Below are positions 36,989 to 45,334 of a stretch of DNA of 64,000 nt, one piece after another (positions within the stretch are counted from its first letter, which is position 1; each line of letters begins with the position of its first letter). This DNA comes from Alphaproteobacteria bacterium (GTDB taxonomy: Bacteria > Pseudomonadota > Alphaproteobacteria > Geminicoccales > Geminicoccaceae). The position numbers and the translations under genes are program-made. The notes beneath the pieces are model-generated. The model saw only the letters and a program-made list of their open reading frames with translations. It ran no database searches and was not told the DNA's origin. Location: positions 516-64,515 of the forward strand of contig JAWKVM010000006.1 in NCBI GenBank assembly GCA_041398025.1. Reading direction: 5' to 3'.

Positions 36989-37749
36989 TGCGACGCCGCA
37001 ACGTGCGCAGCGTCGATTTGCTGGCTGGGCTCTACGCCCTTCTGGTCTACGCCTTCATCTTCCTGCCGGTCGCTGTGCTGGTGCTGTTTTCGTTTCAGTC
37101 GAGCCGCTTCCCCGTGCCGCCCTTCACTGGCCCGTCGCTTCGCTGGTACGAGGAGGTGCTGACCGACAGGCGGCTGACCGAAGCGCTCGGCAATTCGATC
37201 AGCGTGGCGATCCTGTCGTCCGCCGTCGCCGTGCTACTCGGCTTCCTCGCCGCCTACGCGCTCGCCCGCTATCGCGTGATCGGCTCGCCCTTGTGGCGCG
37301 GCCTGCTGACGGCGCCGCTTTCCGTCAGCTACCTGATCATCGGCATGCCGAAGCCGCTGCTCGCTGCCGGCATCGGCCATGTGGTGATCAACATGCCGCT
37401 GTGCTTCGCCATCATCTACAGTCAGATGGGCGAGCATCAGGCCAATATCGAACGCGCCGCGCGCGACCTCGGTGCCCGCGAATGGCAGGTGCTGACGCTG
37501 ATCACCGCCCCTATGCTCTGGCCTGCCCTGTTCGCGAGCTTCTTCCTCGCCGTCACCTTCTCCTGGGACGAATTCGTGATCGCCTTCCTGCTCACCCGTT
37601 TCGACACCACGCTGCCGGTCGAGATCTGGGCGCTCCTGCGCTCCGGCCTCAACCCCAAGACCAACGCCGTCGGCAGCCTGGTGTTCCTGGTGTCGATCGT
37701 CCTGGTGATCCTGGTCGAGCTTGCCGTGCTGCGCCGGGTCAGGCGATGA
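36988..37749 (+). CDS. ABC transporter permease (PotC-like)
   Basis: The 253-aa ORF has the EAA loop RAARDLGAREWQVLTLITAPMLWPA. Its start overlaps the upstream stop. Confidence 0.85.
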   Translation: MRRRNVRSVDLLAGLYALLVYAFIFLPVAVLVLFSFQSSRFPVPPFTGPSLRWYEEVLTDRRLTEALGNSISVAILSSAVAVLLGFLAAYALARYRVIGSPLWRGLLTAPLSVSYLIIGMPKPLLAAGIGHVVINMPLCFAIIYSQMGEHQANIERAARDLGAREWQVLTLITAPMLWPALFASFFLAVTFSWDEFVIAFLLTRFDTTLPVEIWALLRSGLNPKTNAVGSLVFLVSIVLVILVELAVLRRVRR

Positions 37750-38807
37750 GCGCGCTGATCACCGTCGATCACGTCTCCCACGCCTTTGGGACCAACCGGG
37801 TCCTGGACGGTATCGATCTCGCGATCGAGGCGGGTTCCTATACCGTCCTCCTCGGCCCCTCGGGTTCCGGCAAGACCACGCTGCTCTCCGTCCTCGGTGG
37901 ATTTTTGATGCCGGACCAGGGCCGCGTGCTGCTCGCAGGCGAGGACATCACATCGATGCCGCCGGCGAGACGCCCGACCGCCACAGTCTTCCAGGACTAT
38001 GCCCTGTTCCCGCACATGACCATCGCCGCCAATGTCGGCTTCGGCCTGCGCATGCGCGGGATGAAAGCCTCGGAGCGCCGCGAGAAGGTTCAAGCCGCGC
38101 TTGCCTTGGTCGGCCTCGCCGATCTCGGCGCGCGCAAGCCGCACCAGCTCTCCGGCGGCCAGCGTCAGCGGGTGGCGCTGGCGCGCGCGCTGATCATCGA
38201 GCCCAAAGCACTCTTCCTCGACGAACCCCTCGGCGCTCTCGATCTTGCACTCCGCCGCCAGATGCAGGACGAGCTGAAGTCGACGCAGCGCCGCGTCGGC
38301 GCCGCGGCCTTCGTGCATGTCACCCACGACCAGGAGGAGGCGATGGCGCTCGCCGATCAGGTGGTGGTGATGAACGCCGGGCGCATCGAGGATGCGGGCC
38401 CGCCCGAGCGCGTCTACGCCCGTCCCGCGAGCCGCTTCACCGCCGCCTTCATGGGCGAGAGCAACGTGATCGAAGGCCGAGCGCTCGACGCCCGCGACGG
38501 GCGGGTCCAGGTGGAGACACCGCTCGGCAGGTTCGACGTCGCGGGCAGCGCGGCACCCGCAGCGCCGGTGGCGCTCGCCATTCGTCCGGAGTCCCTGACC
38601 ATCGGTGCTGCAGGCGGCGACCGCTTGTCATTGGGCGAGGTGCGCGTCGAGGAGGTGGTTTTTCAGGGCAGCTTCAAGCGCGTTCGAACACGAACCGTCG
38701 ACGGCCAGACGCTGCTGCTCAAGACGACGATCGACATCGTGTTTTCGGAGGGTGAAACGATCAGCTTGCATGCCCGCGAACAGGATCTCATTCTGCTCAG
38801 TCGCTAG
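37746..38807 (+). CDS. ABC transporter ATP-binding protein (PotA/CysA-like with C-terminal TOBE-type domain)
   Basis: The N-terminus is MSALITVDHVSHAF. Walker A is GPSGSGKTT. The signature is LSGGQRQRVALARAL. Walker B is LFLDEPLGALD. I set the start at ATG 37746 (ATGA overlap). The track ORF's 151-aa N-terminal extension lies out of frame over the permease gene. Confidence 0.9.
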   Translation: MSALITVDHVSHAFGTNRVLDGIDLAIEAGSYTVLLGPSGSGKTTLLSVLGGFLMPDQGRVLLAGEDITSMPPARRPTATVFQDYALFPHMTIAANVGFGLRMRGMKASERREKVQAALALVGLADLGARKPHQLSGGQRQRVALARALIIEPKALFLDEPLGALDLALRRQMQDELKSTQRRVGAAAFVHVTHDQEEAMALADQVVVMNAGRIEDAGPPERVYARPASRFTAAFMGESNVIEGRALDARDGRVQVETPLGRFDVAGSAAPAAPVALAIRPESLTIGAAGGDRLSLGEVRVEEVVFQGSFKRVRTRTVDGQTLLLKTTIDIVFSEGETISLHAREQDLILLSR

Positions 38808-38820
38808 AGGGAAAAAGACG

Positions 38821-39564
38821 ATGACCGCACCGATCCCTGCCGCCGACTGGTACGAGACGCTGCGCTTCACCGATGACGTCACGCTGATCCACGAGCCCTG
38901 GATCCTGCCCTTCTATCGCTGCAATATCTGGCATGCGCGCGGACGCGACCGGGATCTCTTGTTCGACAGCGGCCTCGGCCACTTCAGCCTGCGTGCGCAT
39001 GTTCCTTTGGTCACGGAAAAACCGCTGATCGCGGTCGCCAGCCACACCCATTTCGACCACATTGGATGCCACCACGAATTCCCTGACCGCGCGGTCCACA
39101 GCGCCGAGGCTGAGATCATCGCCGATCCGAGGAATGAACTGACCCTCGCGGATAAATACGCGACGGACGAAATGTTTCTCCGTCCTCCCGCGGGCTGGGA
39201 CGCTGCCGGCTACTGCATCAAGCCTGCGCCGGCTCGGTGCCTCGACCATGGCGACATCGTTGATCTCGGCGATCGGGCGTTCGAGGTCGTGCACACGCCG
39301 GGGCACTCACCGGGCGGCCTCGGCCTGTTCGAGCGAAAGACCGGGATCTTCCTGTCAGGCGATATCGTCTATGACGGGCCGCTGATCGATGATGCCTACC
39401 ACTCCGATGTCGAAGTCTACGCCGACACCCTCGAACGACTTCGAGCACTGCCGGTGACGCTGATCCACGGCGGACACTTCCCGAGCTTCGGTCCCGTCCG
39501 CTACCGTCAACTTATCGACGAGTATCTCGAAGGTCGGCGAAAGCCGGGCTGTCATCTCGGATGA
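38821..39564 (+). CDS. MBL-fold metallo-hydrolase
   Basis: The protein is 247 aa from MTAPIPAADWYE. It carries the HxHxDH motif ASHTHFDHIGCH and a later HTPGHSPGG. Confidence 0.85.
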   Translation: MTAPIPAADWYETLRFTDDVTLIHEPWILPFYRCNIWHARGRDRDLLFDSGLGHFSLRAHVPLVTEKPLIAVASHTHFDHIGCHHEFPDRAVHSAEAEIIADPRNELTLADKYATDEMFLRPPAGWDAAGYCIKPAPARCLDHGDIVDLGDRAFEVVHTPGHSPGGLGLFERKTGIFLSGDIVYDGPLIDDAYHSDVEVYADTLERLRALPVTLIHGGHFPSFGPVRYRQLIDEYLEGRRKPGCHLG

Positions 39565-39651
39565 TCGTTGCGGACGAGCTGCGAAGACAAGGGGGCCGAC
39601 GCCGGGCTTCTTTCGGTGGGCGGAGATTGCGAGCTTGATGAGCGAAAAAAC

Positions 39652-41298
39652 ATGAGCAGGCGCGTCAGGAACATTCTCTTCATCATGTTCGATCAGCTCC
39701 GCTTCGACTATCTGAGCTGTGCCGGTCATCCAAGTCTCGAGACCCCGAACATCGATGCGCTCGCGGCCCGCGGCGTTCGCTTTTCCAATGCCTACGTACA
39801 GTCTCCCGTCTGCGGCGCGTCGCGCATGTCCTTCTATACCGGGCGCTATGTGCACTCGCACGGTGCTGCCTGGAACGGGTTTCCGCTCAAGGTCGGCGAG
39901 ATGACGCTTGGGGATCACCTTCGGCCGCTCGGCATGGACTGCTGGCTGGTCGGCAAGACCCACATGCGCGCGGATGTCGCCGGCATGAAGCGCCTCGGGC
40001 TCAGCCCGGACAGCGTCATCGGCGCCCGGCTTGCCGAATGCGGCTTCGACATATTCGAGCGTGACGACGGCATGCGGCCCGAAGGCCCGGACGGGTTCTA
40101 CGACGAGCACGGCGCCGAAGCCTATAATGCCTATCTGCGCGCGAAGGGTTACAACTCCGAAAACCCCTGGCACGACTTTGCGAATGCCGGCGTCGACGAG
40201 GACGGCGAGATCGCGTCGGGCTGGTTCATGACGAACGCGGACAAGCCGGCGAACATCGCGGAAGAGGACTCCGAGACGCCCTACATGACCCGGCGCGGCA
40301 TGGCGTTCATGGAGCAGGCCGGCGACAAACCCTGGCTTTGCCATCTGTCCTACATCAAGCCGCACTGGCCCTATATCGTGCCGGCGCCCTATCACGCCAT
40401 GTACGGCCACAATCAGGTGCTGCCGCCGGTCCGGCATGAGAAGGAAAGGGAAAACCCGCACCCTGTCTTCGAGGCCTTCATGAACAATCAGATCGGCCGC
40501 GCCTTTTCGCGGGACGAGGTGCGCGCGAAGGTGGTGCCCGCCTATATGGGGCTGGTCAAGCAATGCGACGATCAGATGGGCGTGCTGTTTCGCTGGATGC
40601 ACGAGACCGGGCGGATGGAGGACACGCTGATCGTGGTCACCTCCGATCACGGCGACTATCTCGGCGATCACTGGCTAGGTGAAAAGGACCTGTTCCATGC
40701 CCCGTCGGTGAAGGTGCCGCTGATCATCTACGATCCTTCCGAGAAAGCGGACACCACCCGCGGCACGGTCTCCGACGCGCTGGTCGAGAGCATCGATCTC
40801 GCCGCCACCTTCATCGAGGTCGCCGGCGGCGACGTGCCTGATCACATTGTCGAGGGGCGATCCCTGTTGCCACTGCTGCACGGGCAAGAGCCCGCCGGTT
40901 GGCGGGACTTCGTCATTTCCGAGTACAACTATTCGGTCACACCCATGGCTGCCAGACTGGGCCTGGAGCCAAAACAGGCCGTCCTTTTCATGGTCGCCGA
41001 TCACCGGTGGAAGCTCATCCACGCGGAGGGGTTCCGTCCGATGCTGTTCGATCTGCAGAACGATCCGAACGAGTTCGAGGATCGGGGCGGGGATCCTGCT
41101 TTCGACGACGTCCGCGCCATGATGTATGACCGTCTGTTCACATGGTCCCGCCGCCACGCCCAGCGCACCACGCGCTCGGATGCTGAGCTTCGGGCCATGC
41201 GCGGCAAGTCGAGAAGGCGAGGCATCCTTCTCGGTGTCTATGAGGGCAGCGACGTGCCTGACGAACTGACAGCGAAATATCGTGGGAAGCTGCCATAG
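39652..41298 (+). CDS. Sulfatase-family hydrolase, phosphonate-monoester-hydrolase (PMH)-like
   Basis: The N-terminus is MSRRVRNILFIMFDQLRFDYL. The formylglycine motif SPVCGASRMSF (C-x-A-x-R) is present, along with HLSYIKPHWPYIVPAPYHAMY, VTSDHGDYLGDH and LFDLQNDPNEFEDRGGDP. From memory these blocks resemble the Rhizobium PMH/PehA-type enzymes. The subfamily call is tentative. Confidence 0.8.
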   Translation: MSRRVRNILFIMFDQLRFDYLSCAGHPSLETPNIDALAARGVRFSNAYVQSPVCGASRMSFYTGRYVHSHGAAWNGFPLKVGEMTLGDHLRPLGMDCWLVGKTHMRADVAGMKRLGLSPDSVIGARLAECGFDIFERDDGMRPEGPDGFYDEHGAEAYNAYLRAKGYNSENPWHDFANAGVDEDGEIASGWFMTNADKPANIAEEDSETPYMTRRGMAFMEQAGDKPWLCHLSYIKPHWPYIVPAPYHAMYGHNQVLPPVRHEKERENPHPVFEAFMNNQIGRAFSRDEVRAKVVPAYMGLVKQCDDQMGVLFRWMHETGRMEDTLIVVTSDHGDYLGDHWLGEKDLFHAPSVKVPLIIYDPSEKADTTRGTVSDALVESIDLAATFIEVAGGDVPDHIVEGRSLLPLLHGQEPAGWRDFVISEYNYSVTPMAARLGLEPKQAVLFMVADHRWKLIHAEGFRPMLFDLQNDPNEFEDRGGDPAFDDVRAMMYDRLFTWSRRHAQRTTRSDAELRAMRGKSRRRGILLGVYEGSDVPDELTAKYRGKLP

Positions 41299-41315
41299 CG
41301 GCGCGGCGTCGGGGC

Positions 41316-42077
41316 TCAGTTCTGCCGCTCGGCGCCGACCGTGATCTGCACGCGCGTACCGGCAAAGCAGGTGATCCCGAGCCGAATCGGACGGCCGTCG
41401 GGATCGACGTCGACTGCCTCGGTAACCAGCACCGGCTGACTTGCCGGTTGTTTCAGATGGCGTGCTTCGTCTTGTGTTGGCATGCGTGTGAGAATGCGGG
41501 TATCGCGCCTGTGATAGTCGGCAAGGTCGTAGGTCGCGAGCGTCTTCGAGATCGAGCCTTTGTCCTGCAGCAGTTCTGCTAGACCGGGAAAGCGCGCATG
41601 CGGGAAGATGCTCATCGAGAGGCTCATGGGCACGCCGTCGGCTAGGCCGACCGCTCGGCTGACGACGATCTTCGCCCCGCGTCGCACGTTCAGGCCCGAT
41701 GCTATGCGGGAGTCGGCACGCAGTTCGTCGACCTCGATGATCCTGTGCTCCGGTTCCCGGCCTTGCTCCAGAAGATTGGCGCTGAAGCTGGTGCGATAGC
41801 GAAGCGGGTAGTCGATGACCACGTCTTCAACGAAGGCGCCACGGCCCTGCTCGACACGCACCAGACCCTGCTCAGCGAGCGCGCCGATGGCGCGGCGCAC
41901 GGTGTGCCGGTTCACCCTGAACCGCTCGGCAAGAACGGACTCGGTCGGCAGGCGATCATTGGCTCCCAGACGCCCGGCGGTGATGTCGTCTTCGAGGTGG
42001 CTGGCAAGCTGTCGCCAGATGGCGACGCCGGCACCGCGCTCGACGCGGAGATCGTCGCTCAAACCCGTCGCGGTCAT
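41316..42077 (-). CDS. phnF: GntR/HutC-family regulator with UTRA domain, phosphonate regulator PhnF-like
   Basis: The sequence LPTESVLAERFRVNRHTVRRAIGALAEQGLVRVEQGRGAFV is a HutC-type wHTH, and the C-terminus is UTRA-like. The gene is divergent from phnG. Confidence 0.8.
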   Translation of the reverse strand: MTATGLSDDLRVERGAGVAIWRQLASHLEDDITAGRLGANDRLPTESVLAERFRVNRHTVRRAIGALAEQGLVRVEQGRGAFVEDVVIDYPLRYRTSFSANLLEQGREPEHRIIEVDELRADSRIASGLNVRRGAKIVVSRAVGLADGVPMSLSMSIFPHARFPGLAELLQDKGSISKTLATYDLADYHRRDTRILTRMPTQDEARHLKQPASQPVLVTEAVDVDPDGRPIRLGITCFAGTRVQITVGAERQN

Positions 42078-42141
42078 GAAGTCGTCACCTTTTCATGATC
42101 TGTTTGATTCCGCTGTCGATTGCAGGACAGTAGCCAAAATT

Positions 42142-42151
42142 TGTCTAGACA
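42142..42151. promoter_or_regulatory. HutC-type operator palindrome TGTCTAGACA in the phnF-phnG intergenic region
   Basis: This perfect 10-bp palindrome contains GT-c-TA-g-AC. That matches the published HutC-subfamily operator core GT-N-TA-N-AC. It lies in a low-GC stretch 45 nt upstream of the phnG GTG. Confidence 0.5.
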
Positions 42152-42195
42152 TCTATATAAGAAAAGCAGCGCTCACTTGCGAGGCGGGAGCGAAC

Positions 42196-42641
42196 GTGGA
42201 CGACACCAGTTCAAGACAGGCTTGGCTCTCCGTGCTGGCGCGATCGAAGCGTGCGGCGATCGAGGCGGCGCTCGCTGATCATGCGCTTCCCGAGACCGAC
42301 ATGCTCCGTCCCCCCGAAGTGGGGCTGGTCATGGTGCGCGGGCGGGCGGGCGGCAGCGGTCAACGCTTCAATCTCGGCGAAATGCCGGTCACCCGATGCA
42401 CCGTGCGCAGCGCTACCGGCTATGTCGGGCATGGCTACGTCCAGGGCCGCGACAAAGCTCACGCGGAACTCACCGCCAGGCTCGATGCCGCGCTGCAGGA
42501 CCCCGCACGGCGGGGAGCGTTGACCGAAACGGTGATCGACCCCCTGGCTGCAGCGCTCGATGCCGGAAAAAAAGCGATCGAGGCGAAAGCGGCCGCGACC
42601 AGGGTCGATTTCTTCACCATGGTTCGGGCGAGAGCGAATGA
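42196..42641 (+). CDS. phnG: C-P lyase core complex subunit PhnG (native stop is out of frame by 1 nt)
   Basis: The ORF starts at GTG 42196 after gggag. The sequence reads RQAWLSVLARSKRAAIEAAL...LRPPEVGLVMVRGRAGGSGQRFNLGEMPVTRCTV...TRVDFFTMVR, which is PhnG-like. The expected TGA at 42639-42641 forms an ATGA overlap with phnH but is in the wrong frame. As sequenced, the ORF therefore reads on to 43230. Confidence 0.75.
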
Positions 42642-43237
42642 TCGAGCCGACCGTGCTGACACCGGGCTTCGCCAATCCTCCTCTGCAGGCGCAGTCGGTG
42701 TTCCGGCTCGTCCTGGGTGCCATGGCGAGCCCGGGTCGGGTCAACATGCTCAGCGACGACGCACCGATAGCGCCGTCGCCACTGGAGGATGCGACCTTTG
42801 CCCTGGCCCTCACGCTCCTCGATTTCGAGACGGCGGTCTGGCTCGACGCGTCTCTTTCGACGCCAGATGTTCTCGCAGGCCTGCGCTTTCATTGCGGCTG
42901 TCCGATCGTCAACAGGCCCGAGGAGGCGGCTTTCGCACTGATCGGCGAGGCGGCGCATCTGCCCTCTCTCGATGCCTTCGATCATGGCACGCCGGACTAT
43001 CCGGACCGCGCCGCGACACTGGTGATCCAGGCCCAGGGTCTCGTCGAAGGGGAGGGGTGGACGCTCAGCGGTCCGGGCATCAGACAGCGCGCCAAGCTTC
43101 GGGTGCTCGGCCTGCCGGATGCGATGATCGGTCAGCTGCAGGCAAACCGCGCACGCTTTCCCAACGGTGTCGATCTCGTCTTCACCTGCGGACGACAGTT
43201 CGCCTGTCTGCCGCGCACCACCGAGCTTGAGGGTTAG
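42638..43237 (+). CDS. phnH: C-P lyase core complex subunit PhnH
   Basis: The protein is 199 aa from MIEPTVLTPGFANPPLQAQSVFRLVLGAMASPGR, a typical PhnH N-terminus. It sits between phnG and phnI. Confidence 0.85.
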   Translation: MIEPTVLTPGFANPPLQAQSVFRLVLGAMASPGRVNMLSDDAPIAPSPLEDATFALALTLLDFETAVWLDASLSTPDVLAGLRFHCGCPIVNRPEEAAFALIGEAAHLPSLDAFDHGTPDYPDRAATLVIQAQGLVEGEGWTLSGPGIRQRAKLRVLGLPDAMIGQLQANRARFPNGVDLVFTCGRQFACLPRTTELEG

Positions 43238-43240
43238 GCC

Positions 43241-44329
43241 ATGTACGTCGCGGTCAAGGGTGGAGAGAAGGCGATCCAGAACGCCCATCGCTGGCTCGCC
43301 GACGAGCGGCGCGGCGATGCGGCGATCCAGGAGCTGACCATCACGCAGATCAGGGCGCAGCTCACCATCGCCACCGACAGGGTGATGAACGAGGGGTCGA
43401 TCTACGATCCGGAACTCGCCGCGCTCGCGATCAAGCAGGCGCGGGGCGATCTGGTGGAAGCGGCGTTTCTGCTGCGTGCCTATCGCACCACGCTGCCGCG
43501 CTTCGGCCATTCCACGCCGATCGACACATCAGTCATGACGATCAAGCGGCGCATCTCCGCGACGTATAAGGACCTGCCCGGCGGCCAGCTCCTCGGCCCG
43601 ACCTTCGACTACAGCCACCGTCTGCTCGACTTCATGCTCGCTGCCGAGGGCACCGAGCCGGAGCAGGCTTTGCGAAGAGAGCCTGACCAGGAGGCCATGC
43701 CCAGGGTCACGGACATCCTGAACTATGAAGGCCTGATCCAGGAGGAAGTCGACGCAGCCGGTGCCCGGGTCGGGGACGTCACGCGCGAACCGCTGCTGTT
43801 TCCTGCAGGTCGCGACATCCGCCTGCAGAGCCTCGCCCGCGGCGACGAAGGGTTTCTGCTGGCACTCGGCTATTCCTCCCAGCGCGGCTTCGGCCGCACG
43901 CATCCCTTTGTCGGCGAGATAAGGCTTGGTTTGGTCGCGGTGAGTTTCGCGCCGGAGGAACTCGGTTTCGAGATCGACATCGGCGAGATCGAAATCACCG
44001 AATGCCAGATGGTCAACCAGTTCGAAGGCTCCAAGACCGAGCCCGCGCAGTTCACCCGCGGCTATGGCCTCGTGTTCGGACATTGCGAACGCAAGGCCAT
44101 GTCCATGGCGCTGGTCGACCGTGCGCTGCGCGCCGCCGAGATGGGCGAGGAGGTCACCGCTCCCGCCCAGGACGAGGAATTCGTCCTCTCTCACGCCGAC
44201 AACGTCCAGGCGACCGGCTTCGTCGAGCACCTGAAGCTCCCCCACTATGTCGACTTCCAAGGCGAACTCGAAACCATCCGGCGGCTGCGGAGCGCAGCGC
44301 TCAGCCTTAACCTCGGAGCGGCGGAATGA
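43241..44329 (+). CDS. phnI: C-P lyase core complex subunit PhnI
   Basis: The N-terminus MYVAVKGGEKAIQNAHRWLADERRGD is the conserved PhnI start. The ORF is 362 aa. Confidence 0.95.
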   Translation: MYVAVKGGEKAIQNAHRWLADERRGDAAIQELTITQIRAQLTIATDRVMNEGSIYDPELAALAIKQARGDLVEAAFLLRAYRTTLPRFGHSTPIDTSVMTIKRRISATYKDLPGGQLLGPTFDYSHRLLDFMLAAEGTEPEQALRREPDQEAMPRVTDILNYEGLIQEEVDAAGARVGDVTREPLLFPAGRDIRLQSLARGDEGFLLALGYSSQRGFGRTHPFVGEIRLGLVAVSFAPEELGFEIDIGEIEITECQMVNQFEGSKTEPAQFTRGYGLVFGHCERKAMSMALVDRALRAAEMGEEVTAPAQDEEFVLSHADNVQATGFVEHLKLPHYVDFQGELETIRRLRSAALSLNLGAAE

Positions 44330-45334
44330 GTTCCAGTGCAGACGCCCCCCCGACGGACGCCGTTGGCGAGAGCCTCGCGACTGGCACAGACACCACGTCA
44401 AGAAAAACAAACAATCCGTCTGACACAAACGCCAAGTCAACGAGGTACGCGTCGTACAATTTCGCTTATTTGGATGAGCAGACGAAGCGGATGATTCGGC
44501 GGGCGATTCTCAAGGCGGTGGCTGTGCCAGGGTATCAGGTGCCGTTCGCGTCGCGCGACATGCCGTTGCCTTACGGATGGGGCACGGGCGGCATTCAGGT
44601 GACGGCGGCGTGCATCGGGCCGGACGACGTGCTGAAGGTGATCGACCAGGGATCGGACGACACCACCAACGCCATCTCGATTCGCGCGTTCTTCCAGCGC
44701 ACCACGAATGTGCGTGTCACCGAACGGACTACGGAAGCCACCATCATCCAGACGCGTCATCGCATCCCGGAGACGCCGCTGACCGAGGGGCAGATCTTCG
44801 TTTACCAGGTGCCGATACCCGAGCCGCTGCGCTGGCTGGAGCCGCGCGAGACCGAGAGCCGGAGGATGCATGCGCTTGCCGACTACGGCGTGATGCACGT
44901 CAAGCTCTATGAGGACATCGCGCGCTTCGGGCGGATCAGCACCAGCTATGATTATCCGGTGCTGGTCAACGAGCGCTACGTCATGGCGCCGTCGCCGACG
45001 CCGAAATTCGACAACCCGAAGATGGACAACTGTCCGGCCCTGCAGCTCTTTGGGGCCGGGCGCGAAAAGCGTATTTACGCGATCCCGCCCTACACAAAGG
45101 TGGTGCCTCGATTTCGAAGATCATCCCTTGAGGTGCAACGCTGGGATGATGTCTGCGCGCCATGCGGCGCGGAGGACGGCTATCTCGACGAGGTCGTGAT
45201 CGTCGACAAGGGCGGGCGATGTTCACCTGTTCAGACACGGACTACTGCGCGACGCGACGCGCCGAGGACATCGCGGGCCGGCACCGGAAGACGTGCCCGA
45301 AGCGTTTCAACGCGAAGGGGAGGGAGGGACCTGA
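44326..45334 (+). pseudogene. phnJ: C-P lyase radical-SAM subunit PhnJ, disrupted by about 4 indels near the 3' end, with an unusual N-terminal extension
   Basis: YNFAYLDEQTKRMIRRAILKAVAVPGYQVPFASRDMPLPYGWGTGGIQVTA...QTRHRIPETPLTEGQIFVYQVPIPEPLRWLEPRETESRRMHALADYGVMHVKLYEDIARFG...NPKMDNCPALQLFGAGREKRIYAIPPYTKVV is near-identical in pattern to E. coli PhnJ. The downstream segments then change frame: LDFEDHPL is in frame +1, EVQRWDDVCAPCGAEDGYLDEVVIVDKGGR is back in frame, MFTCSDTDYC is in a third frame, and the likely tail PAPEDVPEAFQREGEGGT* is in yet another. Confidence 0.85.

Noticed and set aside
37290-37400. The PotC-like permease seems about 8-10 aa short around ...APLSVSYLIIGMPKPLLAAGIGHVVINMP..., considered as a possible in-frame deletion or compensated frameshift.
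   Set aside because: Neither alternative frame encodes a plausible missing segment. The length (253 aa) is within the family range, and the call cannot be supported without an alignment.
41815-43230. A 471-aa plus-strand ORF spanning the phnF antisense strand, phnG and phnH.
   Set aside because: It is a composite. Its 5' part is antisense to phnF, its middle is genuine phnG, and its 3' part is out-of-frame read-through over phnH caused by the missing phnG stop.
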